Of a stretch of DNA of 64,000 nt, positions 25,734 to 34,867 are shown in pieces (position 1 is the first letter of the stretch; each line of letters begins with the position of its first letter). Origin of the DNA: a virus (Duplodnaviria; Caudoviricetes); IMG/VR virus record IMGVR_UViG_3300028591_000071. One strand, given 5' to 3'. The position numbers and the translations under genes are program-made. The notes beneath the pieces are model-generated. The model had not been told where the DNA came from and did no database searches. It worked only from the letters and a program-made list of their open reading frames with translations.

Positions 25734-25865
25734 TCAACTATTCCGCCTCTGCAAAAAGGGCTTTTCAATTCTACCTTCTGATGCTACGAGACATGCCCAA
25801 CCGCGATAGTTTTTATCACTATCGTGCCTTTGGGTAAAGATATTTGTAAACTGCATCGAAGTCAT
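25734..25865 (-). CDS. 43-aa leader peptide containing all 20 amino acids
   Basis: MTSMQFTNIFTQRHDSDKNYRGWACLVASEGRIEKPFLQRRNS*; AGAGGA upstream; 3' end overlaps the antiterminator strand. Confidence 0.65.
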   Translation of the reverse strand: MTSMQFTNIFTQRHDSDKNYRGWACLVASEGRIEKPFLQRRNS

Positions 25866-25969
25866 AAGTCCTCTTTGTTATTATTTTAGATTTCTGCTTT
25901 TAATTCACATATAAATATAACATTTTCGAGAAAAAATTACTTTTTTACCTCAAAAATGTTAAAAATTTG

Positions 25970-26473
25970 TGCCAGATTCGGGATTCGAACCCGAGAAGCC
26001 CCACATGTGGGGGTCGTACTCCGTAGGGTTCCGTGGTTACCACGGGCCTTCGCGTCGCTCCGACATAATAAAGACAAAAGAACAGGACTCCTGACTACCT
26101 GCAAATCCTAATCCAAAGCGCGTTATTCAGCCACACTCACAACCGTTAGCTACTCGATTGCTTAACGAGTGGGAGGAATGCTTACCTCCAAGCGGATACA
26201 GCCATCATGAGCCTACTACGATTTGTCCGCTTCTTACGACCCTCACGGTTGGCCAACCGTGGGTGTTTCAGCCTTACGCTTCTTCAGACCTCTAACCGCC
26301 CCCGCCGCTTTTCAGCGGACGGATGTGTACCTTACGGGCAGGCTACCCGTTGTTCGGTCATCTTCGTCTTTATTGTAGTTACAAAGAACTCCCGTGATGT
26401 TTAGCGTCCACCACGACGACGGAATCCTAAACCACTTGGTGATATTTAAAGTCGCTACCAAGACGACTTGTCT
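25970..26473 (-). ncRNA. candidate ~500-nt structured RNA ending in a tRNA-like T arm
   Basis: Long-range stem AATAAAGACGAAGA/TCTTTTGTCTTTATT; 3' TCGGG-TTCGAAT-CCCGA. Confidence 0.55.
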
Positions 26474-26537
26474 AATGGTAAATTTGCCTTCTTTTCTATA
26501 AATATATATTAACTTTTACTAAAAATCAAATATTTTT

Positions 26538-26753
26538 TCACTTTTTTTCATATAATTCATCAATTTTCTGCAAAATTTCGCCCAAATATGCAGAAATTTC
26601 TGCCCCGCCATCAAGAAGAATTTCTTTTGCTTCGTCAATATTTTCCTTCTCAATAGCCTTTTTAGCATTGTATTCCATTTTGTCAATAACCACGCTTGCA
26701 CAGGCAAGTCGGTCGCCTGCAAGATTCTTAATCGTTAAAATTCTCTCATCCAT
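26538..26753 (-). CDS. small hypothetical protein
   Basis: Helical acidic ORF. Confidence 0.6.
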   Translation of the reverse strand: MDERILTIKNLAGDRLACASVVIDKMEYNAKKAIEKENIDEAKEILLDGGAEISAYLGEILQKIDELYEKK

Positions 26754-26772
26754 AATATATTCTAAAAATTTG

Positions 26773-26845
26773 TGGTACATACAGGACTTGAACCCGTGCT
26801 TATCGGTTTTAGAGACCGTCGTGCAAACCGCTACACCAATGTACC
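26773..26845 (-). tRNA. amber suppressor tRNA(CTA)
   Basis: GGTACAT/ATGTACC, CGGT-CTCTAAA-ACCG. Confidence 0.9.
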
Positions 26846-26882
26846 AATTTGGGGCAGTTAAGGAAGCCCCATCTCCTTCTCG

Positions 26883-27179
26883 TTACTTAACAGTCTGTAA
26901 GTTCTTAAACAGTTCCCCCGAATCGTCCCTGCACGCAAGAGCGGTAATTGAGTTATTCAAATCGGGCTCTTTGAAGACCGAGTATGAAACTCCCATCTTT
27001 GAAAGGCGTGAGGCCCATCGGTCAACATCGGCGTACAGGTAAATCAGGAATTCGTTGTTCCAAGTCTGATTTGGGTTTTCAAGCATCCATTGTGCGAGTG
27101 CGTGGCCACCCTGAACACAGCCATATATCGGATTAAGCTTTTTGTTCACAAGGACATACAATCGCTTCGATGTGTTCAT
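26883..27179 (-). CDS. peptidyl-tRNA hydrolase, Pth2-like
   Basis: LYVLV..L...Y..VQGGHA...FKEPDLNNSITALA. Confidence 0.75.
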   Translation of the reverse strand: MNTSKRLYVLVNKKLNPIYGCVQGGHALAQWMLENPNQTWNNEFLIYLYADVDRWASRLSKMGVSYSVFKEPDLNNSITALACRDDSGELFKNLQTVK

Positions 27180-27582
27180 AGTCAAATTTTTTGATTTTCT
27201 GCCCCCAAAAGTTCTCTTTCTCTTCATATGGCAATTTATAACCGTACTGTTCCAAGTACTTATTTATTTCGCTCAGATAAAGGCACAGAGGGTGCTTTCC
27301 CCTAAGTTCCAAAGGAACATATGCAAAACGGTCATCATCTCCCATAATGGGCTTTGCTGCAGATTCCGTTACTTCAAATGGCTTTCCCCTCATGAGGCCA
27401 TACGCTGCGTACATCGCTCTAAGGGTTTCCTTATTTGACCTTACATATTCCGCAGCCACCAATGGGTGGACTGTCGCATTTTCAGGACGGCCATTAACGG
27501 TCTTTCTCTGTGGCTTTAATTCTTTCTGCTCTTTTTCTAACTTGGCAATTTCCTGCCTGAATTCTTTAATTTTCTCGTTCAT
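27133..27582 (-). CDS. hypothetical protein upstream of the Pth2-like gene
   Basis: ORF 149 aa. Confidence 0.75.
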   Translation of the reverse strand: MNEKIKEFRQEIAKLEKEQKELKPQRKTVNGRPENATVHPLVAAEYVRSNKETLRAMYAAYGLMRGKPFEVTESAAKPIMGDDDRFAYVPLELRGKHPLCLYLSEINKYLEQYGYKLPYEEKENFWGQKIKKFDYEHIEAIVCPCEQKA

Positions 27583-27659
27583 GATTTTGTTTCTTTATAT
27601 TCAATTATTTAATTTGTTTTTCACATACTAACTAACCCAACATAATGATACAAAACCAC

Positions 27660-27695
27660 TTACGGGGGTCCTGTCAAATAAACCTAGTGTTTCAT
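27660..27695 (-). promoter_or_regulatory. candidate mini-leader MKH(amber)VYLTGPP*
   Basis: ATG AAA CAC TAG GTT TAT TTG ACA GGA CCC CCG TAA after an A-rich initiation region. Confidence 0.5.
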
Positions 27696-27919
27696 AACTC
27701 TTTTGTTTTTGTTGTTTATTTTATTCCTTGTACATACCACAACGGCAGTGTCCCGTCTCACGGTACTCCTTACACGGACAAATGGTGTCCTCGCTGTGTG
27801 CGAGAGGGGTTACACAAGGACAATAACCCTCCCCATATTTTTCTCTCTTCTCTCGATTCCTGCCTTTACGCGTTCGACCTTTTCCTTGTCGTCAACGTAA
27901 ACGTACTTCGCTGCTTCGC

Positions 27920-28447
27920 TCATTTATAATATCCATTAAACTTGGAAGTATCCGTCTCTCCCCTTATTTCCTCGAAAAAATCGGACATCTTCTTATACAC
28001 GTACTTATCCCACGTTCCGTGTTTATACATATCTCCTTCTGCAGATGTAATATCAAGTACAGGAACTAAATACCACACATACACCTCGTAGTGTTCGTTC
28101 GCCGGATGCGAAAAATCCGGCATCATCTTCTCTGCATTGAAAGGGCACATCCACGGGTCATGAGGATTCTTAATCCTGATACTATAAATTTTCTCGGACT
28201 CGCTTACGGACACGTGAATGTGTAAATTGTCATAAAACAGGTCGTACACTTCCTTGTCCTCTGAAACCCTTTTGAAATTTGCGTTTCCTGTAATCTCTGA
28301 AACGGACCCGTTGGGAAGTACCTTGTTGATGTCAGTCGGGTCATCCCATGAGCCATATTTCTCGATAGTCTTAATAGCATTCTTAATGCTCATGCTGTAA
28401 TTCCTTGCCTTAGTTTCCGCAAGCCACTGATAAATAAGTTTACACAT
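27920..28447 (-). CDS. hypothetical protein
   Basis: ORF behind a TATATTTG promoter. Confidence 0.75.
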   Translation of the reverse strand: MCKLIYQWLAETKARNYSMSIKNAIKTIEKYGSWDDPTDINKVLPNGSVSEITGNANFKRVSEDKEVYDLFYDNLHIHVSVSESEKIYSIRIKNPHDPWMCPFNAEKMMPDFSHPANEHYEVYVWYLVPVLDITSAEGDMYKHGTWDKYVYKKMSDFFEEIRGETDTSKFNGYYK

Positions 28448-28548
28448 ATAACGTTCAAAATTTTAATTGTAACTAATGCAAATATACAAAATAATTAGTT
28501 TAAAACAAATTATGTCACTATTTATATTTTGATAAACATCTAAACAAT

Positions 28549-28698
28549 ATGGCATGTTCTTGTAAAAATGGGGCTTCAAAGAAGCAAGTAACCTCTGTTA
28601 AGCAGGTTGTTAAAAAACCCGCTACGGTAACTCCCTCTACTTCTGAGCCGCAGCGAAAGACTTTGACTAAGAGAGTTATTTTAAGGAGGCATATCTAA
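28549..28698 (+). CDS. small basic protein MACSCK... (49 aa)
   Basis: CTATTTAT motif upstream, terminator downstream; absent from the ORF track. Confidence 0.65.
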   Translation: MACSCKNGASKKQVTSVKQVVKKPATVTPSTSEPQRKTLTKRVILRRHI

Positions 28699-28711
28699 TT
28701 TGAAGACAAAC

Positions 28712-28746
28712 AAAGGAGGGTAATCATCAACCCTCCTTTTCTTTTT
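28712..28746. terminator. bidirectional terminator
   Basis: AAAGGAGGGT/ACCCTCCTTT. Confidence 0.7.
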
Positions 28747-28792
28747 ACATTCAAAGATGGCCTTGATATGAATGTAGTCTTCCAAACTAAAC

Positions 28793-29338
28793 TTATTTGC
28801 AATTCCTTTCAACGAATATATCAGTGGCAGCAGAAAGAAGTTCTGCTTCAAAATCGAAGACACCCTTCATCAAAACGCCGAACATTTTTTCTGTGTCCGA
28901 GTCTCCGTCCCTAATACCGTCTATAAAATCGGTTATTGAAGAATCGTTTGCATGCATAGTTATGTTGGCATAATTAACATAATTTTCGAATACCCCAAGT
29001 AGTGCTTTACCAATTGGATTCTTAACTTTGCTTTTCATTTCAGTTAAACATTCTTCAACCGTAACGCCACTAAGAAAATCACACACTTCTTCGCCTGTGA
29101 GTATTCTATGCATTCTTTTTTTACCAGTACAAAGAACTTTTCTAACGAACGGAAATGAAAAGGTCTCAAGTGACTGACTATTTTTTTCTTGTGAGAGCAA
29201 ATAGTTCGCAACATTGTCAAATGACTTAGCACATCTCCATTCATTAATACTACCTTCCTTCAACCCCTGAAGGAAACCAAGTTTTCTCCATCTGTTGAGA
29301 ATTTCTTCGTTTACTTGTTTCATTTCTTCTGTTTCCAT
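28793..29338 (-). CDS. hypothetical protein
   Basis: ORF; N-terminal W..LGFL.GL motif. Confidence 0.7.
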   Translation of the reverse strand: METEEMKQVNEEILNRWRKLGFLQGLKEGSINEWRCAKSFDNVANYLLSQEKNSQSLETFSFPFVRKVLCTGKKRMHRILTGEEVCDFLSGVTVEECLTEMKSKVKNPIGKALLGVFENYVNYANITMHANDSSITDFIDGIRDGDSDTEKMFGVLMKGVFDFEAELLSAATDIFVERNCK

Positions 29339-29414
29339 AATAGTTACCTTTTTCTAATAAATAGTAACCAATTTCAAAAATAGTTACTAAAAATTAAAAA
29401 ATGGTAATTATTTT

Positions 29415-31019
29415 TTATAGGCCCACACTTAGTGGATATTTTACTGAAGGATAAGACCTATAGCCTTCAATTTTAATGTCCTCATACTTGAAATTATCTA
29501 TTTCCTTTATATCAGGGTTAAGCAATAGCGTTGGTAACGGGTACATATGAGGATTATTATCCTTCTGAGAACGCGTATATTCTTCAATCTGATTCTCATA
29601 GACATGTACATCTCCGCCATTGAATATAAGTTCATCCACATCCATGTTTACACAATGTGCAATGATATGAGTTAAAATGCTATAACTCAATATGTTGAAC
29701 GGGAGCCCGAGCAGGCTGTCAACCGACCTTTGATTCCACATACAGCTCAACTTTCTCGTAGGGACACCCGCATTGTCAAATATCTTACTGCTCCTTTCCT
29801 CATCATCAGGATACCAAACGACAGAACCGTCGGCGTAGTTGTCAACAACATACTGTTCCCTTTCCTTGAAAGTCATCTTCTTGGTATAGAACTGACAGCA
29901 GTAATGGCAAGGAGGAAGAGCCATATCCTTAATCTCACCAACATTCCACGCACTAAGCATAATACGCCTATCGTCAGGATTGTTGCGAAGCTTTTCAATA
30001 ACTTCCTTCACTTGGTCAACACCACCAAAGTTACGCCACTGCTTTCCATAGACGGGGCCGAGGTCTCCATATTTATAATATGTATAGCCTTCATCATTTA
30101 TCCTAAATCCGTGATGGAAATTCAACGGGTCTTTCACCTTTTCCAAGAACTCCTCTTTATTAAGAGGATTATCAATTTTAATTTCAACGCCCGTTGGGTC
30201 AACTATCTTGTATTTCTTCATCAATTCAAGATAATATCTATATGCATCATCATCCCAAATATGGACTCCGTTGTCTACGAGGTACTTAATATTGGTATCA
30301 CCCTTCAGAAACCAAAGTAGTTCATGGATGACACCCTTCGCAAACATCTTCTTCGTGGTAAGCATAGGAAGTCCTTCCTTAAGGTTGAACCTCATCTGCA
30401 CGCCGAAGATAGAACGGGTTTTTCCTGCACGAGTGTCTTTCTCCGCCCCATCGCTAATAATCCTATTCACAAGGTCAAGATATTGCGAATCAACATTGTT
30501 GTTTCTTCCTCGCATCTTAACAAACTGCATGGCATAGGCCTTCTTCGGCTCAATCTCCACGGGTCTTCCAATTTCTTCCCAACAATTGTCAGTTACGATG
30601 TCTCGCGGGAAAAATGTGTCTGCATCCTTAGCATCCTCAGAAAGCATGTCAATATAAATCCTATCGACAAGGTCATTTGACAGGGCATAATTATAGATGC
30701 TTGCTCCGCCGATGATGAAAACCTCTTCATCAAGTGTTTTTGCAAAATTTATTGCCCCTTCAAGATTGTCATAGACACGGATTCCGCTATTTTCTGTCCA
30801 AAGGTCTTTTCTTGTGCTTACAATGATGTTCGTCCTGTTCTTAAGCGGATGCCCTATCGCTTCGTAGGTCTTCCTTCCCATAATAACAGGATGGCCCGTA
30901 GTGGTGTCTTTGAACCACTTCAGGTCAGCCTTATTATTCCATGGCATCGCGCCGTTTTTACCCATCGGAAACCCTTTATTTACGATATAGTTTCCAACAG
31001 CGACAATGATGTTTACCAT
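29415..31019 (-). CDS. thyA: bifunctional dihydrofolate reductase-thymidylate synthase
   Basis: MPW..DLKWFK..IMGRKTY..IGGA fused to ELLWFL..GPVYGKQWR..LPPCH..QRSVD..GLPFN. Confidence 0.95.
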   Translation of the reverse strand: MVNIIVAVGNYIVNKGFPMGKNGAMPWNNKADLKWFKDTTTGHPVIMGRKTYEAIGHPLKNRTNIIVSTRKDLWTENSGIRVYDNLEGAINFAKTLDEEVFIIGGASIYNYALSNDLVDRIYIDMLSEDAKDADTFFPRDIVTDNCWEEIGRPVEIEPKKAYAMQFVKMRGRNNNVDSQYLDLVNRIISDGAEKDTRAGKTRSIFGVQMRFNLKEGLPMLTTKKMFAKGVIHELLWFLKGDTNIKYLVDNGVHIWDDDAYRYYLELMKKYKIVDPTGVEIKIDNPLNKEEFLEKVKDPLNFHHGFRINDEGYTYYKYGDLGPVYGKQWRNFGGVDQVKEVIEKLRNNPDDRRIMLSAWNVGEIKDMALPPCHYCCQFYTKKMTFKEREQYVVDNYADGSVVWYPDDEERSSKIFDNAGVPTRKLSCMWNQRSVDSLLGLPFNILSYSILTHIIAHCVNMDVDELIFNGGDVHVYENQIEEYTRSQKDNNPHMYPLPTLLLNPDIKEIDNFKYEDIKIEGYRSYPSVKYPLSVGL

Positions 31020-31022
31020 TCC

Positions 31023-31685
31023 TTACTTTTTCTTCGTAATTATTTCGTCGATGAGCCCATACTCAAGGGCTTCCTGAGCCATGAACCAATGGTCGCGGTC
31101 TGCATCCTCATTAATCTGGTCGAACGACTTTCCGGTGTTCTTTGAAAGGATGTTGTATAGCAAATTCTGCCACTTTTGGCTTTCCTTCGCCGCAATTTGA
31201 ATGTCAGCGTTCTGCCCATATGCCCCTGAACTTACTTGATGAATCATGATTGTTGAATTGGGAAGGGCATACCTCTTGCCTTTTTCTCCGGAAGAAACAA
31301 GGATTGAGCCCATTGACGCAGCCATACCCATGGTATAGGTCGCCACATCGCAATCAACCCAATTCATCACGTCATAAATTGCAAGTCCATCAATGACACT
31401 TCCTCCGGGAGAATTGATGAACATCTTAATATCTGACGACGGGTCAACGGAATTGAGGTACATCAACTGAGATGTAATGATGTTTGCAACATCGTCGTTG
31501 ATTGCCGTTCCAAGGAAGATAATTCTATCCCCCATAAGTCTGCTAAAGACGTCCATCGTCACCATGTTCAACGACCTTTCCTCAATAATAGTTGGACTGA
31601 TGATGCTATTCGTGTGTTTCTGGTAAGAATCGAGTGTATTAGAACTGATTCCTCTGCTTACTGCATATTTTTCAAAATCTCTCAT
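31023..31685 (-). CDS. clpP: ATP-dependent Clp protease proteolytic subunit
   Basis: DVFSRL..DRIIFLG, INSPGG, AASMG, MIHQ, DRD. Confidence 0.95.
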   Translation of the reverse strand: MRDFEKYAVSRGISSNTLDSYQKHTNSIISPTIIEERSLNMVTMDVFSRLMGDRIIFLGTAINDDVANIITSQLMYLNSVDPSSDIKMFINSPGGSVIDGLAIYDVMNWVDCDVATYTMGMAASMGSILVSSGEKGKRYALPNSTIMIHQVSSGAYGQNADIQIAAKESQKWQNLLYNILSKNTGKSFDQINEDADRDHWFMAQEALEYGLIDEIITKKK

Positions 31686-31702
31686 ATTACAAATGTACAA
31701 AA

Positions 31703-31906
31703 TTAAACTGTTTTTTGCAAATAATCTGTCTCGTCCTTGATTACTTCTGTGCGGTATATCATTCCGAGAGAACAATGCTCCCTTGCCATAAACCGTTCCG
31801 TTTCATATTGGATTGCATCTATCTCATCGGAATTACTTCCAATGTATGTCTGCTCTTGGTCGGAATAATACGGGTCAATGGCTGTATATCTAACAGCTCT
31901 CTTCAT
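31703..31906 (-). CDS. hypothetical protein
   Basis: Packed operon ORF. Confidence 0.6.
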   Translation of the reverse strand: MKRAVRYTAIDPYYSDQEQTYIGSNSDEIDAIQYETERFMAREHCSLGMIYRTEVIKDETDYLQKTV

Positions 31907-32090
31907 ATTTTTCTTTCCTAAGAATCATTTCGGCCTGATGCAACGCAATTATTGCATTTTGGATGTAAATTCTCGCCTCCAAATCAGCATCAGACGGAAA
32001 AATCTTCGTATAACCAGTGCCGATGTTGGCCCTTAATTTCTCCAACCTGTCCTTTTCCTTTATAATCTTTCTTATGCTTCTCTTATCCAT
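31890..32090 (-). CDS. hypothetical protein
   Basis: Packed operon ORF. Confidence 0.6.
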   Translation of the reverse strand: MDKRSIRKIIKEKDRLEKLRANIGTGYTKIFPSDADLEARIYIQNAIIALHQAEMILRKEKYEESC

Positions 32091-32094
32091 ATGA

Positions 32095-32946
32095 TTAGTA
32101 GTTAATCAATTCTTCTTTGTCCTGTTCAATATCCGAGAAATCAGATATGTCAAACCTAATAAAACCACCATCATCGTTTGGCACATCTACATATTTAAAC
32201 TCAATCTCTTCGGGGTCTTCGATATCCCAAAGGACAAATCCATGCCCCGATATTGACTCACCGAAGTTGTTCTGCCGTATGCTTGAGCAATAGACAACCC
32301 TAACTCCATCTCTCTTTATCTCCTGACGCTTATGGATATGGCCCGCGATAACGAAATCACAACCGTTAAACACACCTGGGTCAACGCCGTTCTCCGTCAC
32401 ATAATTGGTTACGGTTATTGCGCCATTTACATCCGCATGAATAAGGCCGACATATACCTGTTTGTCTTCCTCGTGCTCATGGGCTGTCTTATGCACTTCA
32501 ATGTCTGGCGTTTCAAATCCTGTGAATGAAGAATAGAGACACCACGCAACATTATCGTCATCATATATTCCCGACTGATATCCGAGTTCCTTATCAAGAT
32601 AAACTACCTGTTGATACTTCCCAATCTCGAACAACGGAGTTAGGGAATCAACCCTATCGGTATTGTTCATAAGGAAATCATGATTACCGATGATGACTAT
32701 CGTCTTGCAAATCTTGTCGAGTTCGGAGAAAAACCAATCCACGCACAGAAGGGATTCATTGGTAATCTCAAGTTTCCTGTCGAAAATGTCTCCCGCAACG
32801 ACTATTCTCACATTCTCAGGAGAATCCTCTTCATCAACGATGCTCTTGCATTTGTCTATGAATCGTTGGAGAACAACCTTAAGTTGTTCAATTCCTTTCA
32901 GCGACGGAACATGTATGTCGCTGCATGCTATAATCTTTGTAATCAT
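32095..32946 (-). CDS. SbcD/Mre11 (gp47-like) nuclease
   Basis: SDIH, AGDIFD, GNHD, AGHIH, Q.NFGE. Confidence 0.88.
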   Translation of the reverse strand: MITKIIACSDIHVPSLKGIEQLKVVLQRFIDKCKSIVDEEDSPENVRIVVAGDIFDRKLEITNESLLCVDWFFSELDKICKTIVIIGNHDFLMNNTDRVDSLTPLFEIGKYQQVVYLDKELGYQSGIYDDDNVAWCLYSSFTGFETPDIEVHKTAHEHEEDKQVYVGLIHADVNGAITVTNYVTENGVDPGVFNGCDFVIAGHIHKRQEIKRDGVRVVYCSSIRQNNFGESISGHGFVLWDIEDPEEIEFKYVDVPNDDGGFIRFDISDFSDIEQDKEELINY

Positions 32947-33167
32947 AATCCGTAAACCGTATTATTCAAGTTCTCGATAATTTCTTCCACATCGCTATCG
33001 GTTTCTATTTCGACGCGATATGTATCTCCATACCATTGCCATCCGGGACCCTTCCAATTCAAAATGACCTTACAATTGTTCTTTTTCGCAATGTCTCTTG
33101 CATCCATAAGGTCCAATAACGAAGGCAATCCATTATAAACCCAATATTCCTTAACCTCGTATATCAT
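32943..33167 (-). CDS. hypothetical protein
   Basis: ATGA-coupled ORF. Confidence 0.65.
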   Translation of the reverse strand: MIYEVKEYWVYNGLPSLLDLMDARDIAKKNNCKVILNWKGPGWQWYGDTYRVEIETDSDVEEIIENLNNTVYGL

Positions 33168-34309
33168 ACTAATAACTCTATTTCACTGAATTGCTTTGCT
33201 GTACGCATCGCCTTTATTATTCCTCTTTTTCCCTCGGACTCATATACCTCACCAAAATCCTTATACCCCTCATAGGTGTAAATCTTTCCGTTAAGCCGCA
33301 CATTTTGCGGATTATAATCCGCATGCACTGACAAATCTTCAACATCCTCGACTATTGGATGAACTTCTATCTCCTCTCCGTCAATTACTGGATTTTCATA
33401 AGGAACATATCTCCCGTTCAACCCCTCTCCAAGTCTGATATACTTTATTTTCCCAAAGAGACGGCCCCTGTTGAGCGTGTTGTATATCCGTTTCACTTCA
33501 TCTATCGTCGTATCCCCGTCAAGGCAGATAATGATGTTCGCATTGGCCCGTTCCTTGAGTTTTGAATACAATTCCATGCTCTTGTTCATCGTCTTACCCA
33601 TCAACGAAACAGAGTTCGGGTAATAGATACAGTCAATTGCGCCTTCAACAAGGTAAATGTCGGCATCCCATTGTATCTTATCCTCATGAAGGATTATCTT
33701 GTTCTTGTCCGCGTCACAGTTCTTGTATTTGTTCCGCTTATCCTTTGAACGATATGTACGGCCAATGTAATAGTTAAGGTCTCCTGCGGAATTATACGAA
33801 GGGAATATAATCCTATTCCTCCATGTCCAATCCTCTTCATCCCATGTGGTGCGGCCTATATTATAATAATCTATAAGGTCTTGGGTAATCTTTCTCTTTT
33901 CAAGATATGCCTTCAACTCTTTGTCCCTGCACGAATATAGGTCTATCTTTTGGAAAGTCTTCGGAAGTTTGAGATACTTTTCCTCGAAAATGTCCCCGTT
34001 ATCCTTGAACATGTCAAGGTTATAGTATTTGTTTTCCTTGATGTCATTAAGTATTGAGAAATACTCATCACACAACGACGAACCGCCCCTTGCCCTTATG
34101 AGTTTGGACAACGAACCTGAACTTCCGCAAGACCAACAATGGAATTTGCCAAGAGAAAACGATATTTCAAGATTGTATTTGTTATCAACCCCGCCTTTTT
34201 CATCGGCACAGAACGGGCAATTGAACTGATACTGCGTAGTACCATTGTCATAACTACCCTGTTTGCTCTCGCCAAGGATTGATACCAATATGTTGTATAT
34301 TCTCTGCAT
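33164..34309 (-). CDS. DNA primase (zinc finger + Toprim)
   Basis: CPFC..CWSC, RIIFP, VEGAID, LDGD, KD. Confidence 0.88.
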   Translation of the reverse strand: MQRIYNILVSILGESKQGSYDNGTTQYQFNCPFCADEKGGVDNKYNLEISFSLGKFHCWSCGSSGSLSKLIRARGGSSLCDEYFSILNDIKENKYYNLDMFKDNGDIFEEKYLKLPKTFQKIDLYSCRDKELKAYLEKRKITQDLIDYYNIGRTTWDEEDWTWRNRIIFPSYNSAGDLNYYIGRTYRSKDKRNKYKNCDADKNKIILHEDKIQWDADIYLVEGAIDCIYYPNSVSLMGKTMNKSMELYSKLKERANANIIICLDGDTTIDEVKRIYNTLNRGRLFGKIKYIRLGEGLNGRYVPYENPVIDGEEIEVHPIVEDVEDLSVHADYNPQNVRLNGKIYTYEGYKDFGEVYESEGKRGIIKAMRTAKQFSEIELLV

Positions 34310-34404
34310 ACAATAAACCTTGGCCCAAATATACAACAAAAATCAGAAAAAAACAAAAACGCGAGACCATCGTGGCCCCGCGTTCGCTTGTCTATTTGTA
34401 AATT

Positions 34405-34842
34405 TTAGAACAGTCCACAATCAACATCATCATATGTCTTAAGGACTCCGTCCACATAAACGAAATTCTTCAACCCCTGTGATTTAACCCTGACACCATA
34501 CTTCTCGTCAAAGTCGAAAGATTCACTCACTAACTCAGTTCCGTCCGATGTTGCCTTTGGGAAAAACTCAACAATCTCATATCCGGTTCCGTCTTCTCCG
34601 ACAAGGAACCTATCATAAGGATTTACATCATTAGTTGAAGGCATCCCTGACAATATCGCATTAACAGGAAGCAATTGACCGGCTTCCCGTACCACCAAAT
34701 TTTCTCCGTAATATTCAGATATGCTGCCATCAGTCTCAACCACACAATACCTTGTCCAAGGGTCAAGCCTATTAACGCTCTTAAGGAACTCATATGAACT
34801 CCTTGCGCCTCTCCAATTTCTTACTCTATGTTTTTCAGCCAT
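34405..34842 (-). CDS. putative virion protein
   Basis: Operon with fibre genes; C-terminal VDCGLF. Confidence 0.7.
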   Translation of the reverse strand: MAEKHRVRNWRGARSSYEFLKSVNRLDPWTRYCVVETDGSISEYYGENLVVREAGQLLPVNAILSGMPSTNDVNPYDRFLVGEDGTGYEIVEFFPKATSDGTELVSESFDFDEKYGVRVKSQGLKNFVYVDGVLKTYDDVDCGLF

Positions 34843-34867
34843 TTTATATCTTATATATTACAAAAAA

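Noticed and set aside
8832-26404. Many 60-150-aa ORFs in the ORF track across the RNA island
   Set aside because: They overlap tRNA/ncRNA genes or are antisense shadows without protein motifs
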